DNA of 64,000 nucleotides from Candidatus Omnitrophota bacterium (GTDB lineage Bacteria; Omnitrophota; Gorgyraeia; Gygaellales; Profunditerraquicolaceae): NCBI GenBank assembly GCA_028712505.1, contig JAQTQC010000001.1, forward strand, positions 77,635 to 141,634. The letters are read 5' to 3'. The position numbers and the translations under genes are program-made. Each line of letters starts with the position of its first letter. Positions within the stretch are counted from its first letter, which is position 1. Below are positions 20,788 through 30,877 of this stretch, in pieces. The notes beneath the pieces are model-generated. The model searched no databases, was not told the DNA's origin, and saw nothing but the letters and a program-made list of their open reading frames with translations.

Positions 20788-21390
20788 ATGGCGCAGGAAA
20801 TTAAAGATTTGATCGCAAAAATTCAAACAGAAGGCATTCAGGCAGCCCAGGCCCAGGCAGCCCAGATAAAGGCCGATGCTGAAAAAGAGGCCGCGAAGAT
20901 AATTTCAGAGGCAAAAACACAGGCCGAGAACATTGTTGAACAGGCAAAAACTGAGGCTAAAAAGACGGATGATTCTACCCGGGCAGCTTTAGAGCAGGCA
21001 GGCCGGGATTTACTGATTAGTTTACGGCAGGAAATTATTGCTATGTTGGATCGCTTAATTAAGTCAGATTTGCGTCAAGCCTTGAGCCCTGAAGAGCTGG
21101 CTAAAATTATCGGGTTTTTGATTAAAAATGCTCCGCTTTCTTTAGGCAGCCAGATTATCGTTTCTTTAAACCAGCAGGATAAAGAGAAAATAGAATCAGG
21201 GGTGCTCAAACAGTTGGTGGAAGCGACTAAGAAATCGGTGGTGTTAAAATCAGCAGAGGGAATCGATAGCGGTTTTATTATTAGTTTTGATGCCGGAAAG
21301 TCTATTTTTGATTTTAGCGGCCAGGCCCTGAGTGACTATATCTCTGGTTCCTTAAGGCCGGAGCTAAATAAAATTTTAAACGTCAGATAA
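20788..21390 (+). CDS. atpE: V/A-type ATPase subunit E
   Basis: About 200 aa, Ala/Glu/Lys/Gln-rich N-terminal helical region (AQAQAAQIKADAEKEAAKII) followed by a globular C-domain. First gene of the V-ATPase operon. Confidence 0.6.
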   Translation: MAQEIKDLIAKIQTEGIQAAQAQAAQIKADAEKEAAKIISEAKTQAENIVEQAKTEAKKTDDSTRAALEQAGRDLLISLRQEIIAMLDRLIKSDLRQALSPEELAKIIGFLIKNAPLSLGSQIIVSLNQQDKEKIESGVLKQLVEATKKSVVLKSAEGIDSGFIISFDAGKSIFDFSGQALSDYISGSLRPELNKILNVR

Positions 21391-21921
21391 ATGCCCGCTT
21401 ATTATACGTATTTGATCTCCAGTTTACCGATGCTTAATTTTTCCGCTAAATTACCATTTAGCCTGGAAGCATTCTTTAACAAATGCAAGGATTTGCTGCC
21501 GGATAAGGAGGTTGAAATTTTACGGCTCGCCTGCGAGCAAAACAACTATTCTTCTGAAGTCCTTCAGGGAAATAGCTTTAAGCAATGGGTTGATTTTGAG
21601 ATTAGCCTTAGGAATGAACTGGTACGCGCCAGGGCCGCCCGAAAAAAAACTGATCCTTTAAAATTTCTGCGTTTTCCGGATTCCCCGCAGGTCTGGATCA
21701 GTCATATAGCGATGGCAGCTTACCGGAGCACCTCGATATTGGAGGCAGAGAGAATTCTTGATCAGGCCAGGTGGAATGTTCTGGAAGATTTAAGTTTGGG
21801 GCACTATTTTGATTTTGATTATTTGCTGATTTACGGGTTAAAGCTTAAAATCCTGGAGCGTTGGGAAAAAATCCAAACAGCGGATAAAGAACTGTTGTTA
21901 AACAGTGTAATTTTAAACTAA
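21391..21921 (+). CDS. hypothetical protein in V-ATPase operon (DUF2764-like position between E and A)
   Basis: 176 aa with no recognisable motifs. Sits where Bacteroidetes, Chlamydiae and spirochaete V-ATPase operons carry a conserved hypothetical gene. Confidence 0.3.
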   Translation: MPAYYTYLISSLPMLNFSAKLPFSLEAFFNKCKDLLPDKEVEILRLACEQNNYSSEVLQGNSFKQWVDFEISLRNELVRARAARKKTDPLKFLRFPDSPQVWISHIAMAAYRSTSILEAERILDQARWNVLEDLSLGHYFDFDYLLIYGLKLKILERWEKIQTADKELLLNSVILN

Positions 21922-21928
21922 ATTTACT

Positions 21929-23671
21929 ATGGAAAAAATAAGAACCGGAAAAGTCATTAAAGTAAACGCCAACATGGTTACTGCTGAGCTTAGTGGCCAG
22001 ATTATCCAGAACGAAGTAGCTTATATCATTTGCGGCCAGGAGCGCTTAAAGGCTGAGGTGATCCGCGTGCATCAGAATCAGGCGGAGATGCAGGTTTATG
22101 AAAGCACCCAGGGCCTAAGGGCAGGGGACGTGGTGGAATTTAGCAATGAACTTCTTTCCGTTGAGCTTGGCCCGGGGTTATTAGGCCAGATCTTTGATGG
22201 TCTGCAGAATCCTCTTCCGGCATTAGCCAAAAAATGCGGGTTTTTCTTAAAAAGAGGAGTGTATCTTGAAGCCCTGCCTGATGAAACGCAATGGGAATTT
22301 ACGCCGTTGGTCAAAGCGCAGGATAAGGTATTAGCGGGTAGCTGGTTAGGTTTTGTACCGGAGAAGATTTTCAAACATTATGTCATGGCTCCTTTTGGTT
22401 TAAATGGAACTTTAGAGGTTGTCAGTATCGCTCCGCCGGGAAAATATAATTTAAAACAGGCAGTTGCCCAGCTTAAAGACAGTTCCGGAAAATTACATGA
22501 AGTTTTTTTGCAGCAGATTTGGCCGGTAAAAATACCTATCCGCGCCTACGCGGAGAAATTAAGACCAAGCGAGCCGCTGGTCACCAAAATGCGTCTGATT
22601 GACTCGCTTTTTCCGGTTAACCGGGGAGGAACGTATTGCACCCCTGGACCATTCGGTGCGGGAAAAACCGTTTTACAGCAATTAGTCAGCCGCCACGCCG
22701 AAGTTGATATCGTGATTATCGCAGCCTGCGGTGAACGCGCAGGAGAGGTAGTAGAAACCTTAAGAACTTTTCCGGAATTAATCGACCCTCGCACTCAGAA
22801 GCCTTTAATGGATCGTACGGTGATTATTTGCAACACCAGTTCTATGCCGGTTGCGGCCCGAGAGTCCAGTGTTTATACAGCCGTAACCATCGCCGAATAT
22901 TACCGTCAGATGGGGCTGAATGTTTTATTATTGGCGGATTCGACCTCCCGTTGGGCGCAGGCAATGCGTGAGATGAGCGGCAGGCTCGAGGAGATCCCGG
23001 GAGAAGAAGCCTTCCCGGCGTATCTGGAAAGCCGCATCGCTTCTTTTTACGAACGTGCCGGAGTAGTCAAACTGCGGTCAGGGGAAACCGGATCAGTAAC
23101 CATCGGCGGAGCGGTTAGCCCTGCCGGAGGAAATTTCGAGGAGCCGGTGACACAGGCTACGCTTAAAGTTGTCGGTGCCTTTCACGGACTTTCCCGCGAA
23201 CGCTCGGATGCCAGAAGATATCCGGCAATCGATCCACTGATTAGCTGGAGTAAATACTCCGGGTTCGTTAAACCGGAATACAAAGAAAGATATCATTCAA
23301 TCTTAAATCGCGGCAATGAAATCGCCCAGATGATGAAAGTTATCGGTGAAGAAGGGACCTCGCTTGCCGATTATACCGAATATCTTAAAAGTGATTTTTT
23401 TGATTTTGTCTACTTACAACAGAATGCTTTTGATGCTGTAGATGAGGCTACCTCTAAAGAAAGACAGATCTATTTGTTGGAATTTATCTTTGCGATACTG
23501 GAAGCGGAGTATAATTTAGAAGATAAGACTGCTGCTTTACATTTTTTCCAAACCTTGCGCCAGCTTATGCGTACTTGGAATTCCGCCGAATATAACAGCC
23601 CGGAATTTAAGAAAATCGGGTCTCAAATTACAGCTTTGCTGGAAAGCAAGAAAAACAAGAAGGATAAATAA
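21929..23671 (+). CDS. atpA: V/A-type ATPase catalytic subunit A
   Basis: Walker A GPFGAGKT, about 580 aa, with the N-terminal non-homologous region characteristic of A subunits. Confidence 0.9.
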   Translation: MEKIRTGKVIKVNANMVTAELSGQIIQNEVAYIICGQERLKAEVIRVHQNQAEMQVYESTQGLRAGDVVEFSNELLSVELGPGLLGQIFDGLQNPLPALAKKCGFFLKRGVYLEALPDETQWEFTPLVKAQDKVLAGSWLGFVPEKIFKHYVMAPFGLNGTLEVVSIAPPGKYNLKQAVAQLKDSSGKLHEVFLQQIWPVKIPIRAYAEKLRPSEPLVTKMRLIDSLFPVNRGGTYCTPGPFGAGKTVLQQLVSRHAEVDIVIIAACGERAGEVVETLRTFPELIDPRTQKPLMDRTVIICNTSSMPVAARESSVYTAVTIAEYYRQMGLNVLLLADSTSRWAQAMREMSGRLEEIPGEEAFPAYLESRIASFYERAGVVKLRSGETGSVTIGGAVSPAGGNFEEPVTQATLKVVGAFHGLSRERSDARRYPAIDPLISWSKYSGFVKPEYKERYHSILNRGNEIAQMMKVIGEEGTSLADYTEYLKSDFFDFVYLQQNAFDAVDEATSKERQIYLLEFIFAILEAEYNLEDKTAALHFFQTLRQLMRTWNSAEYNSPEFKKIGSQITALLESKKNKKDK

Positions 23672-23673
23672 GT

Positions 23674-24981
23674 ATGCAAAAGGCCTATACCAATATTATT
23701 CAAATCGCAGGCGATGTCATTACAGTTGAGGCAGAAGGGGTAGGCTATTCTGAGATTGCCCAGATCACCACCAGAAGTGGCGTATCTTTAGCCCAGGTGA
23801 TCCGTATTGATGCTCAAAAAGTATCCTTGCAGGTTTTTGCCGGCACCCGCGGTATCGCTACAGGCGATAAGGTGAGATTTTTAGGGTTTCCGATGCGAGT
23901 GGCTACGGGTGAAAATTTACTCGGTCGCATATTTAACGGCAGCGGCCTTCCCTTAGATCACGGTCCGGCTTTAAGTGATAATCTAGTTGATATCGGAGCC
24001 CCTTCGGTAAATCCAGCTAAAAGGATTATCCCGAACAAGATGATTCGCACGGGGATCCCGATGATTGATGTTTTTAATTCGTTGGTCGAATCCCAGAAAC
24101 TGCCGGTTTTTTCAATTGCCGGGGAGCCTTACAATGAACTTTTAGCGCGTATCGCTATTCAGGCAGAAGTTGATATCATCATTGTTGGCGGTATGGGGTT
24201 AAAATATGATGACTATCTATTTTTTAAGGAGACGCTAAATTCTCATGGGGCGCTTTCCCGTTGTGTATTTTTTATGCATACTGCGGCGGATCCGACCGTA
24301 GAGTGTTTGCTGGTGCCGGATATCAGTTTAGCGGTAGCCGAGGACTTTGCTTTAAAAGGCAAGCGGGTTCTGGTTTTGTTAACCGATATGACGAATTTTG
24401 CGGATTCTCTGAAAGAAATCTCGATTACCATGGAGCAGGTCCCTTCTAATCGCGGTTATCCTGGGGATCTTTACAGCCAGTTAGCCGCCCGGTATGAAAA
24501 AGCGGTTGATTTTGAAGGAGCTGGTTCGATTACTATTCTTTCTGCAACAACCATGCCTGGCGATGACGTTACTCATCCTGTACCGGATAATACTGGTTAT
24601 ATTACCGAAGGGCAGTTTTATTTAAAATCCGGGGTGATCGAACCTTTCGGGTCTTTGAGCCGCCTGAAACAGCAGGTTAATGGAAAGACTCGTTCTGACC
24701 ATCGAGCGATTATGGATACGATGATCCAGCTTTTTGCCAGTTACCGGGAAACTCTGGAGAAACAGTCTATGGGTTTTCAGATGAGCGCCTGGGATGAAAA
24801 GCTGCTTAAATATGGGGCACTTTTCGAAAAAAATATGATGTCGCTTAAAGTGAATATTTCACTGGAAAAGGCCCTGGATTTAGGGTGGCAGATTCTTGCT
24901 GATTGTTTTTCCCCCGAAGAAACGGGGATCAAGCTTTCAATCATCGAGAAATTCTGGCCGAAAAACAATGGCAAAGATTAA
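23674..24981 (+). CDS. atpB: V/A-type ATPase subunit B
   Basis: A/B-family nucleotide-binding fold without a canonical P-loop (SIAGEPYNE), about 435 aa, directly after atpA. Confidence 0.88.
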   Translation: MQKAYTNIIQIAGDVITVEAEGVGYSEIAQITTRSGVSLAQVIRIDAQKVSLQVFAGTRGIATGDKVRFLGFPMRVATGENLLGRIFNGSGLPLDHGPALSDNLVDIGAPSVNPAKRIIPNKMIRTGIPMIDVFNSLVESQKLPVFSIAGEPYNELLARIAIQAEVDIIIVGGMGLKYDDYLFFKETLNSHGALSRCVFFMHTAADPTVECLLVPDISLAVAEDFALKGKRVLVLLTDMTNFADSLKEISITMEQVPSNRGYPGDLYSQLAARYEKAVDFEGAGSITILSATTMPGDDVTHPVPDNTGYITEGQFYLKSGVIEPFGSLSRLKQQVNGKTRSDHRAIMDTMIQLFASYRETLEKQSMGFQMSAWDEKLLKYGALFEKNMMSLKVNISLEKALDLGWQILADCFSPEETGIKLSIIEKFWPKNNGKD

Positions 24982-25585
24982 GTTTACTAAAGGTGAATTA
25001 AAAAGGCAGCGTGACGCGTTAAAACAGTTCCGGCGCTACCTTCCGACTCTGCAATTGAAGAAACAGCAGCTACAGCTGGAAATCCTGCAGCAAAATACAA
25101 TCCTTCAGGACGCAAAACAAACACTGATTAAAAAGAGGCAGGCGATTCTTTTGTGGGCAGGCTTATTGGCTGAACCCGAATCAGAGATCAAGCTGTTTTT
25201 AAAAGTGGAAAAAGTAATTACCCATAAAAAGAATATTGCCGGCGTAGATATTCCTGTGTTTGAGAGTTTGAATTTTAGCGAGCAGGATTATGATCTATTC
25301 CTTGCTCCTTTGTGGCTGGATGCCGGGATATTGGCCTTAAGAGAGGTAATTGTCTTAGACAAGAAGATTCAATTACTTCAGGAGGGGGTCGATATCTTAC
25401 GCCAGGAACTGCGGGTAACCACGCAGAGGGTGAATCTTTTTGAAAAGGTTAAAATTCCGGCTGCCGAGGAAAATATCCGCTTAATCAAGATATATATCGG
25501 GGATCAGATGGCTAATGCCGTGGGACGTAGTAAAATTGCCAAGAGGAAAATCGAGGAGATGGCAGAGATTGAGGCGCTGGTATGA
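24968..25585 (+). CDS. atpD: V/A-type ATPase subunit D
   Basis: [36 protein letters not shown] is the subunit D N-terminal coiled-coil signature. ATG at 24968 is preferred over the 24896 ORF start that overlaps atpB. Confidence 0.75.
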   Translation: MAKIKFTKGELKRQRDALKQFRRYLPTLQLKKQQLQLEILQQNTILQDAKQTLIKKRQAILLWAGLLAEPESEIKLFLKVEKVITHKKNIAGVDIPVFESLNFSEQDYDLFLAPLWLDAGILALREVIVLDKKIQLLQEGVDILRQELRVTTQRVNLFEKVKIPAAEENIRLIKIYIGDQMANAVGRSKIAKRKIEEMAEIEALV

Positions 25586-27363
25586 TTGTTAAAATGAAAA
25601 AGGTTTTTCTGCTAATTCAAAAAAGCCAAGCGCGCAATGCTTTGGACAACTTAGGTGTCTTGGGAGCTATGCACGTTGAGAATCAGCGTATTCCCTCAGG
25701 GTGTGAGCTTAATGAAATCAGCGAGAAATTGGGCCTGATTGAACAGGCAAGGTCTATTTTATCCGCGGCAGGAGAAAAGCATCCGGCAAAATACATAATC
25801 CATAAATCTGGGGATTTACAAAATGTCTGCCGTCATATAATCGATTTACAGAAAAGATATGACCAGCTAAGAGAATATTCGGTGACGTTAAACGGTTGGA
25901 TAGACTTCTGGGAATCCTGGGGCGATTTTGATCCGGCTCAGATAAAGACCATGCGAGAAAAAGGGGTTTTTATTAAATTTTACCAGATTCCCAAAGATAA
26001 GCTTAAAAGCTTGCCACAGTCAATAGTATTAAGGGAAATTTCTACTCAAGGTTCGTTAATAAATTGTTTAGTTATAGCGGAAGAAAATACGGATATTGAT
26101 TTTAAGGAGCTGGAATTGCCAAAAATATCTTTATCCGGGATGAAAAACAGGCTTAGTGAAGATGCCAAGATTATGGTTAACATAAGGGAAGAGCTATCCG
26201 AGCAGTTGATTTATAATGCTGATTTGATCAGCGCCGAAGAGGCACTTTTAAATCAAAGAGAATTCTATTCCGTATTAAACGGCATGGGCCAGGCTGAAGA
26301 GATCTGGTATGTGAAGGGCTATATTCCGGTTGAGTCCGAAGATCTGCTGCTTAAGCTGGCAAGGCAAAGCGGTTGGGGTATCTTGACTCTTGAGCCTGAT
26401 GAAAATGACCTCGTGCCAACTTTAGTGCGCAATCCCGGATGGATTAGGCTTATAAAACCGGTATTGAAATTGCTGGAGCTTGTGCCGGGATACCGCGAAC
26501 TTGATATTAGCCCACTTTTTATTATATTCTTCAGTATTTTCTTCGGCATGCTCATCGGTGATGCCGGGTATGGCGCGGTTTATTTCCTGCTTAATCTCTG
26601 GGTTCAGAAAAAAATCGGGGACAAGGTTAAGGACAAAAGCGTTTTTTTTCTCTTTTACATTCTAAGTTTTTGCGCTATTATATGGGGGCTCTTAACCGGG
26701 ACATTTTTCGGTCAGGCATGGTTGTCCAATATAGGGATAAAGCCCATTGTTCCCTTGTTGACTAATGCGACTTTTGTCCAGGCGCTTTGCTTTTTTATTG
26801 GAGCCCTGCATTTGTCTTTGGCCCATGGATGGAGGGCTATGTTAAAGGCCCCGGCATTATCAGCCTTGGCAGATATAGGATGGATTTCCGTTATTTGGGC
26901 AGTGTTCTTTTTGGCTAAAACCCTGCTTTTAGGAGACCCTTTTCCATTATCCGGGAAATGGTTGATTCTAACCGGGTTAGTATTGGTGTTGTTTTTTACC
27001 AACCCGCAAAGAAATATTCTGAAAACGATCGGCGCAGGTTTAGGCACCCTGGCTTTAAGCCTGGTGAATAATTTTACCGACGTGGTTTCTTATATCCGTC
27101 TTTTTGCTGTGGGTTTGGCAGGTGTGGCTATTGCCGATGCCTTTAATTCCATGGCTGCCGGAATAGTCAAAAAAGGGGATATCTTAACTATAGTAGTAGC
27201 CGCGCTGGTTGTAATTTGCGGCCACGTCCTTAACATTATCTTAGGGCCGATGTCGGTTTTGGTCCATGGGGTAAGGCTCAATGTGTTGGAGTTTTGTAGC
27301 CATGCCAATGTTAGTTGGGGTGGTTTTGCTTATAAACCGTTTATGAAAAAGAAGGAGAATTAA
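25582..27363 (+). CDS. atpI: V/A-type ATPase subunit I (a-subunit)
   Basis: About 300 aa hydrophilic N-half plus 7-8 TM helices in the C-half (conserved Arg in RLFAVGLAG). ATGA overlap with atpD. Confidence 0.7.
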   Translation: MIVKMKKVFLLIQKSQARNALDNLGVLGAMHVENQRIPSGCELNEISEKLGLIEQARSILSAAGEKHPAKYIIHKSGDLQNVCRHIIDLQKRYDQLREYSVTLNGWIDFWESWGDFDPAQIKTMREKGVFIKFYQIPKDKLKSLPQSIVLREISTQGSLINCLVIAEENTDIDFKELELPKISLSGMKNRLSEDAKIMVNIREELSEQLIYNADLISAEEALLNQREFYSVLNGMGQAEEIWYVKGYIPVESEDLLLKLARQSGWGILTLEPDENDLVPTLVRNPGWIRLIKPVLKLLELVPGYRELDISPLFIIFFSIFFGMLIGDAGYGAVYFLLNLWVQKKIGDKVKDKSVFFLFYILSFCAIIWGLLTGTFFGQAWLSNIGIKPIVPLLTNATFVQALCFFIGALHLSLAHGWRAMLKAPALSALADIGWISVIWAVFFLAKTLLLGDPFPLSGKWLILTGLVLVLFFTNPQRNILKTIGAGLGTLALSLVNNFTDVVSYIRLFAVGLAGVAIADAFNSMAAGIVKKGDILTIVVAALVVICGHVLNIILGPMSVLVHGVRLNVLEFCSHANVSWGGFAYKPFMKKKEN

Positions 27364-27364
27364 T

Positions 27365-27823
27365 ATGGAAGCAGGGGCTTTAGTACAACTAAAGGATTTG
27401 GGGCTGGGATTAGTTCTTGGGCTTTCCGCTTTAGGCTCTGCCGCCGGAGCAGGGGTAGCAGGCATGGCGGCCATAGGCGCATGGAAGAAGAATTTTAACC
27501 AGAACAAGAGTGCTTCATTCCTGTTGGTTGCTTTAGTTGGTGCTCCCTTAACTCAAACAATCTATGGAAATATTGTAATGACTAAAATGATCGAGTTGGC
27601 TAATAAAGGCCAGTATCTTTGGGGGGTAGGGTGCCTGGCGGGTTTGGCAATGGGGTTTTCCGCTTATTTCCAGGGCAAATGTGCTGCTTGCGCTTGTGAT
27701 GCAATGGGGGAAACCGGCAAAGGATTTGGAAATTACCTGGCAGTTTTGGGTATTGTTGAGACGGTTGCGCTTTTTGTGATGGTTTTTACCTTGATTGTCC
27801 TGGGGAAGCTCATCGGGGCATAA
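27365..27823 (+). CDS. atpK: V/A-type ATPase proteolipid subunit K (c-subunit)
   Basis: 152 aa, four hydrophobic helices, Gly/Ala-rich, conserved Glu in the last helix (VETVALF). Confidence 0.75.
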   Translation: MEAGALVQLKDLGLGLVLGLSALGSAAGAGVAGMAAIGAWKKNFNQNKSASFLLVALVGAPLTQTIYGNIVMTKMIELANKGQYLWGVGCLAGLAMGFSAYFQGKCAACACDAMGETGKGFGNYLAVLGIVETVALFVMVFTLIVLGKLIGA

Positions 27824-27833
27824 TTTCTTGGAC

Positions 27834-27867
27834 GATTAGCCCATCCTCTGCGAGGATCCCGCTAATC
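27834..27867 (+). other. compound hairpin downstream of atpK (gattagc-cc-atcctc-tgcg-gaggat-cc-gctaatc), no U-tract
   Basis: Perfect 7-bp outer and 6-bp inner stems. Possible operon-end structure or tRNA precursor processing element. Confidence 0.3.
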
Positions 27868-27890
27868 GAAATTATAAAACTGAAATCTTG

Positions 27891-27967
27891 GGGCGATTAG
27901 CTCAGTTGGTTAGAGCGTCTGATTTACATTCAGAAGGTCAGGGGTTCAACTCCTCTATCGCCCACCA
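27891..27967 (+). tRNA. tRNA-Val (anticodon TAC), CCA encoded
   Basis: Acceptor gggcgat/atcgccc, D-arm gctc-agttggttag-agc, anticodon loop ttTACat, T-loop ttcaact, 3' ACCA. Confidence 0.85.
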
Positions 27968-28040
27968 TTAAACATGAAATTAATAGTGGATTTTAGTTTA
28001 AAAGACAGTATAATAAGTTTCTAAAATTTAGATATTTGCG

Positions 28041-28119
28041 GGGGTCGTGGCCTAGTCTGGTTTAAGGCGCCTCCCTGTCACGGAGGAAATCGCGAGTCCA
28101 AATCTCGTCGGCCCCGCCA
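28041..28119 (+). tRNA. tRNA-Asp (anticodon GTC), CCA encoded
   Basis: Acceptor ggggtcg/cggcccc (one G-U), anticodon stem cctcc/ggagg with loop ctGTCac, T-arm gcgag-tccaaat-ctcgt, 3' GCCA. Confidence 0.8.
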
Positions 28120-28242
28120 ATATTTAACTTTCCCGCAAGCTTCTAAAGATATCTTTCCCTTGAGTTGTTCCTCTGAAAGTGTTACCATAAACCTAGTTTT
28201 GAATACAAAAGCCTTAAAAATTATAAGATAACGAGGAGAAAA

Positions 28243-28563
28243 ATGGCTACTATTGATGATTTCAGGAAATTAGATTTAAGGGTTGCGGAGATAAAAGAGG
28301 CCAATGACCATCCGAATGCGGATAAATTATTGATTTTGACCCTAGATTTAGGTGACCGGCGAAAACAGGTAGTTGCCGGGATCAGAAATTTTTACTCCAA
28401 AGAGGAACTTATCGGTAAACAGGTGGTTGTGATAGACAATCTTGATCCGGTAGTCTTGCGTGGGGTAGAGAGCCAGGGAATGATTCTGGCAGGCTCTGAT
28501 GAACTCGGTCTGGCGGTTCTCAGCCCTGAGAAAAAGCTTAAATTGGGAAGCATTGTTAAATAA
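28243..28563 (+). CDS. tRNA-binding domain protein (CsaA/YtpR/Trbp111-like OB fold)
   Basis: DFRKLDLRVAEIKEANDHPNADKLLILTLDLG...VVAGI is the Myf/EMAP tRNA-binding domain signature found at the C-terminus of MetRS/PheT. Confidence 0.7.
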   Translation: MATIDDFRKLDLRVAEIKEANDHPNADKLLILTLDLGDRRKQVVAGIRNFYSKEELIGKQVVVIDNLDPVVLRGVESQGMILAGSDELGLAVLSPEKKLKLGSIVK

Positions 28564-28626
28564 TAACTTAATTCCGGCAGACAATTTACGTTTTCCCTGT
28601 TCCCTAAGTTGCGCCGTCATTAGAAA

Positions 28627-29136
28627 ATGATCAAACAATTTGTTCCTCAGGAATATTGTCTTAAATGCCAGGGGTGTTGTCGTTTTAAAGAAGCCAATTC
28701 TGCGTGGAGCCCTTGTCTTCTGGATGAGGAGATCCAGGGATTGCTGGATAGAACAGATCTTCCCGCCGCTTCAATTTCTATTGACCGCCGTATACAGCCA
28801 GTAGCCAATCCTCATGGCGCAGAGTTTATCTGCCCGTTTTTGAATAGTCTGGATAATAAATGCGCAATTTATACTGGCCGGCCATTTGAATGTCAATTGT
28901 ACCCCTTTTTGATTAATTTACGCAAAGGCAGAGTGTTACTTACTGTAGATTTAAATTGCCCGTATGTCTACGAAAACATAAATAGTCAGGGGGCCAAGGA
29001 TTATATTGTCTATCTTTGTGATTTCCTTAATTCTCCGAAACAGCTGAAGATGTTAAAAAATAACCCACAGATTATCCAGGCTTATGAAGAGGTAAGAGAG
29101 GTTGCTGAATTAAGATTGCCCCATGAGATTAAATAA
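28627..29136 (+). CDS. YkgJ/UPF0153 family Cys-cluster protein
   Basis: N-terminal CLKCQGCC (CxxCxxCC) plus downstream Cys pairs (FICPF, CAIY...ECQLYP), typical of PF03692. Confidence 0.5.
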   Translation: MIKQFVPQEYCLKCQGCCRFKEANSAWSPCLLDEEIQGLLDRTDLPAASISIDRRIQPVANPHGAEFICPFLNSLDNKCAIYTGRPFECQLYPFLINLRKGRVLLTVDLNCPYVYENINSQGAKDYIVYLCDFLNSPKQLKMLKNNPQIIQAYEEVREVAELRLPHEIK

Positions 29137-30019
29137 AATAGCCTTGAAAGACCAAAAGCTGTTCAACAAATACCTTGCTTTCGCCAGGCATGAACTGGCG
29201 GCATTTTCCTTTGCCAATATATACATCTGGCGGGCAATTTTTGATATCCAATGGGCTTTGATTGACAATAGTTTGTGCATATTTTTTCGTGATAAGATCG
29301 GTTGTTTCATGTATCTTCCGCCACTGGCGGAAGAAAGGCAACCCCAGGTAATAAAACGGGTATTTATGATAATGGATACTGTTAATGAGAATAAAGATAT
29401 TTCGCGTATTGAAAATATTGAGCAGGAAGATTTAGAATATTACCGCGCATTGGGCTATCTCTGCCATCAGAAATTCCCGGACTATCTTTGTTTAAGAAGT
29501 GACCTGGAGTGCTTTAAGGGCAACAAATTCAAATCTCACCGTGCTTCATATAATTATTTTGTTAAACATTATAATTTTGAAGCATTAAAATTTAAATTGG
29601 CGGATAGAAATGATTGTTTAGGCTTATTTAATAATTGGGTAAAAGAACGTACAACTCATTGCGCTGAAGATGTGTATTGCGGGATGCTGGAGGATAACCG
29701 AAAGGTAATAAAAGAAGCCTTGGCTAATTATAAACAGTTAGGTCTGGAAGGCATAACGGTTAAAGTCGATAAGCAGGTCAAAGGGTTTACTTTCGGCTAT
29801 GCATTGAATAATGACACTTTTTGTATACTCTATGAGATTACCGACCTTTCTTTTAAGGGATTAGCCCAATTTATTTTCCGCAGGTTCAGCGCGAAGTTAA
29901 GACATTATAGCTATATCAATATTATGGATGATTCGGGGTTGGATAATCTACGCAAGGTCAAGCTTTCTTATAAGCCGAAGCGACTTGTTCCTGCCTATAT
30001 AGTTACAAGAGATGCCTAA
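29123..30019 (+). CDS. hypothetical protein, possibly DUF2156 (aminoacyl-phosphatidylglycerol synthase C-terminal-like, aa-tRNA-dependent transferase fold)
   Basis: About 300 aa. C-terminal GLDNLRKVKLSYKPKRLVPAYIV resembles the end of LysPG-synthase/DUF2156 domains (GLxxFKxKFxPxWxPRYL). Weak assignment from memory. Confidence 0.35.
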   Translation: MRLNKIALKDQKLFNKYLAFARHELAAFSFANIYIWRAIFDIQWALIDNSLCIFFRDKIGCFMYLPPLAEERQPQVIKRVFMIMDTVNENKDISRIENIEQEDLEYYRALGYLCHQKFPDYLCLRSDLECFKGNKFKSHRASYNYFVKHYNFEALKFKLADRNDCLGLFNNWVKERTTHCAEDVYCGMLEDNRKVIKEALANYKQLGLEGITVKVDKQVKGFTFGYALNNDTFCILYEITDLSFKGLAQFIFRRFSAKLRHYSYINIMDDSGLDNLRKVKLSYKPKRLVPAYIVTRDA

Positions 30020-30839
30020 AAGTATTGACGAAATAGAATTTACTATATTTGATACTGAAACTACTGGACTTAATCCTGCTTCCGGTGACCGGATAGTTGA
30101 GCTGGCGGGTTTGAGGGTTAAGGGCAGAGAAAGGATTGCCGAATTTGACACATTGGTCAATCCCCGCCGGGATATTTCCCCGGGAGCCTTTGCGGTAAAT
30201 AAAATCACACCTGAAATGTTGGAAGGTGCTCCGGGTATGGAAACAGTAATGCCCAAGTTCCTGGATTTTATCGAAGGCAGCTACCTTTGCTCTTACAATA
30301 TAGAATTTGACTTGAATTTCCTGAACAGCGAATTGAAGATTATTGGTTTGCCGGTTTTAGGGGCCCGGGATTCCTTCGATATTTTGACTATTGCCCGGCG
30401 GCTTATGCCGAATCAACAACGCTATGCGCTTTGGTTCATTGCCGATAAGTTAGGTATCCGCTCTCAGCAAAAGCACCGTGCTTTTGCAGACGTGGAAATG
30501 ACCTGGGAGGTTTTTAATAAGTTTAAAGATATTTGCAGGGAAAAAGGAATTACGGATTTTACCGATTTTTCCGGGCTTTTTGCCTTTAACCCTGCTTCTT
30601 TGGAAAGTACCGCTTTCTTGAAGATATCGCAGATTGAAAAAGCGATAAATTCAAGGGCTCGCCTAAAGATAAAATATTTATCCGCAAAGGGCTCGGGTAT
30701 TTCTTTCAGGGAAGTGATTCCCCGGGAAATCCGTCAGGATGCCGCAAATAAATATTTAGTTGGTTATTGTTGCCTGAAGCAAGAGGAGCGTACCTTTAAG
30801 ATCGATAATATCCTGGAGCTGGAGATAGTTCGGGAATAA
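30012..30839 (+). CDS. DnaQ-like 3'-5' exonuclease (DEDDh) fused to C-terminal WYL-like domain
   Basis: Exo I FDTETTG, Exo II/III with H...AFADVEMT. C-terminal about 100 aa (KYLVGYCCLKQEERTFKIDNILELEIV) resembles a WYL ligand-binding domain. Confidence 0.65.
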   Translation: MPKSIDEIEFTIFDTETTGLNPASGDRIVELAGLRVKGRERIAEFDTLVNPRRDISPGAFAVNKITPEMLEGAPGMETVMPKFLDFIEGSYLCSYNIEFDLNFLNSELKIIGLPVLGARDSFDILTIARRLMPNQQRYALWFIADKLGIRSQQKHRAFADVEMTWEVFNKFKDICREKGITDFTDFSGLFAFNPASLESTAFLKISQIEKAINSRARLKIKYLSAKGSGISFREVIPREIRQDAANKYLVGYCCLKQEERTFKIDNILELEIVRE

Positions 30840-30877
30840 TAAAGTTGAATTCGTAAAAGAATCCGGTTAGAATAATA

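Noticed and set aside
27891..28119. tRNA genes as possible integration site of a mobile element or genomic island
   Set aside because: No integrase, transposase, direct repeats of the tRNA 3' end or phage genes were found in the flanking 10 kb. The downstream genes are ordinary small metabolic and repair genes.
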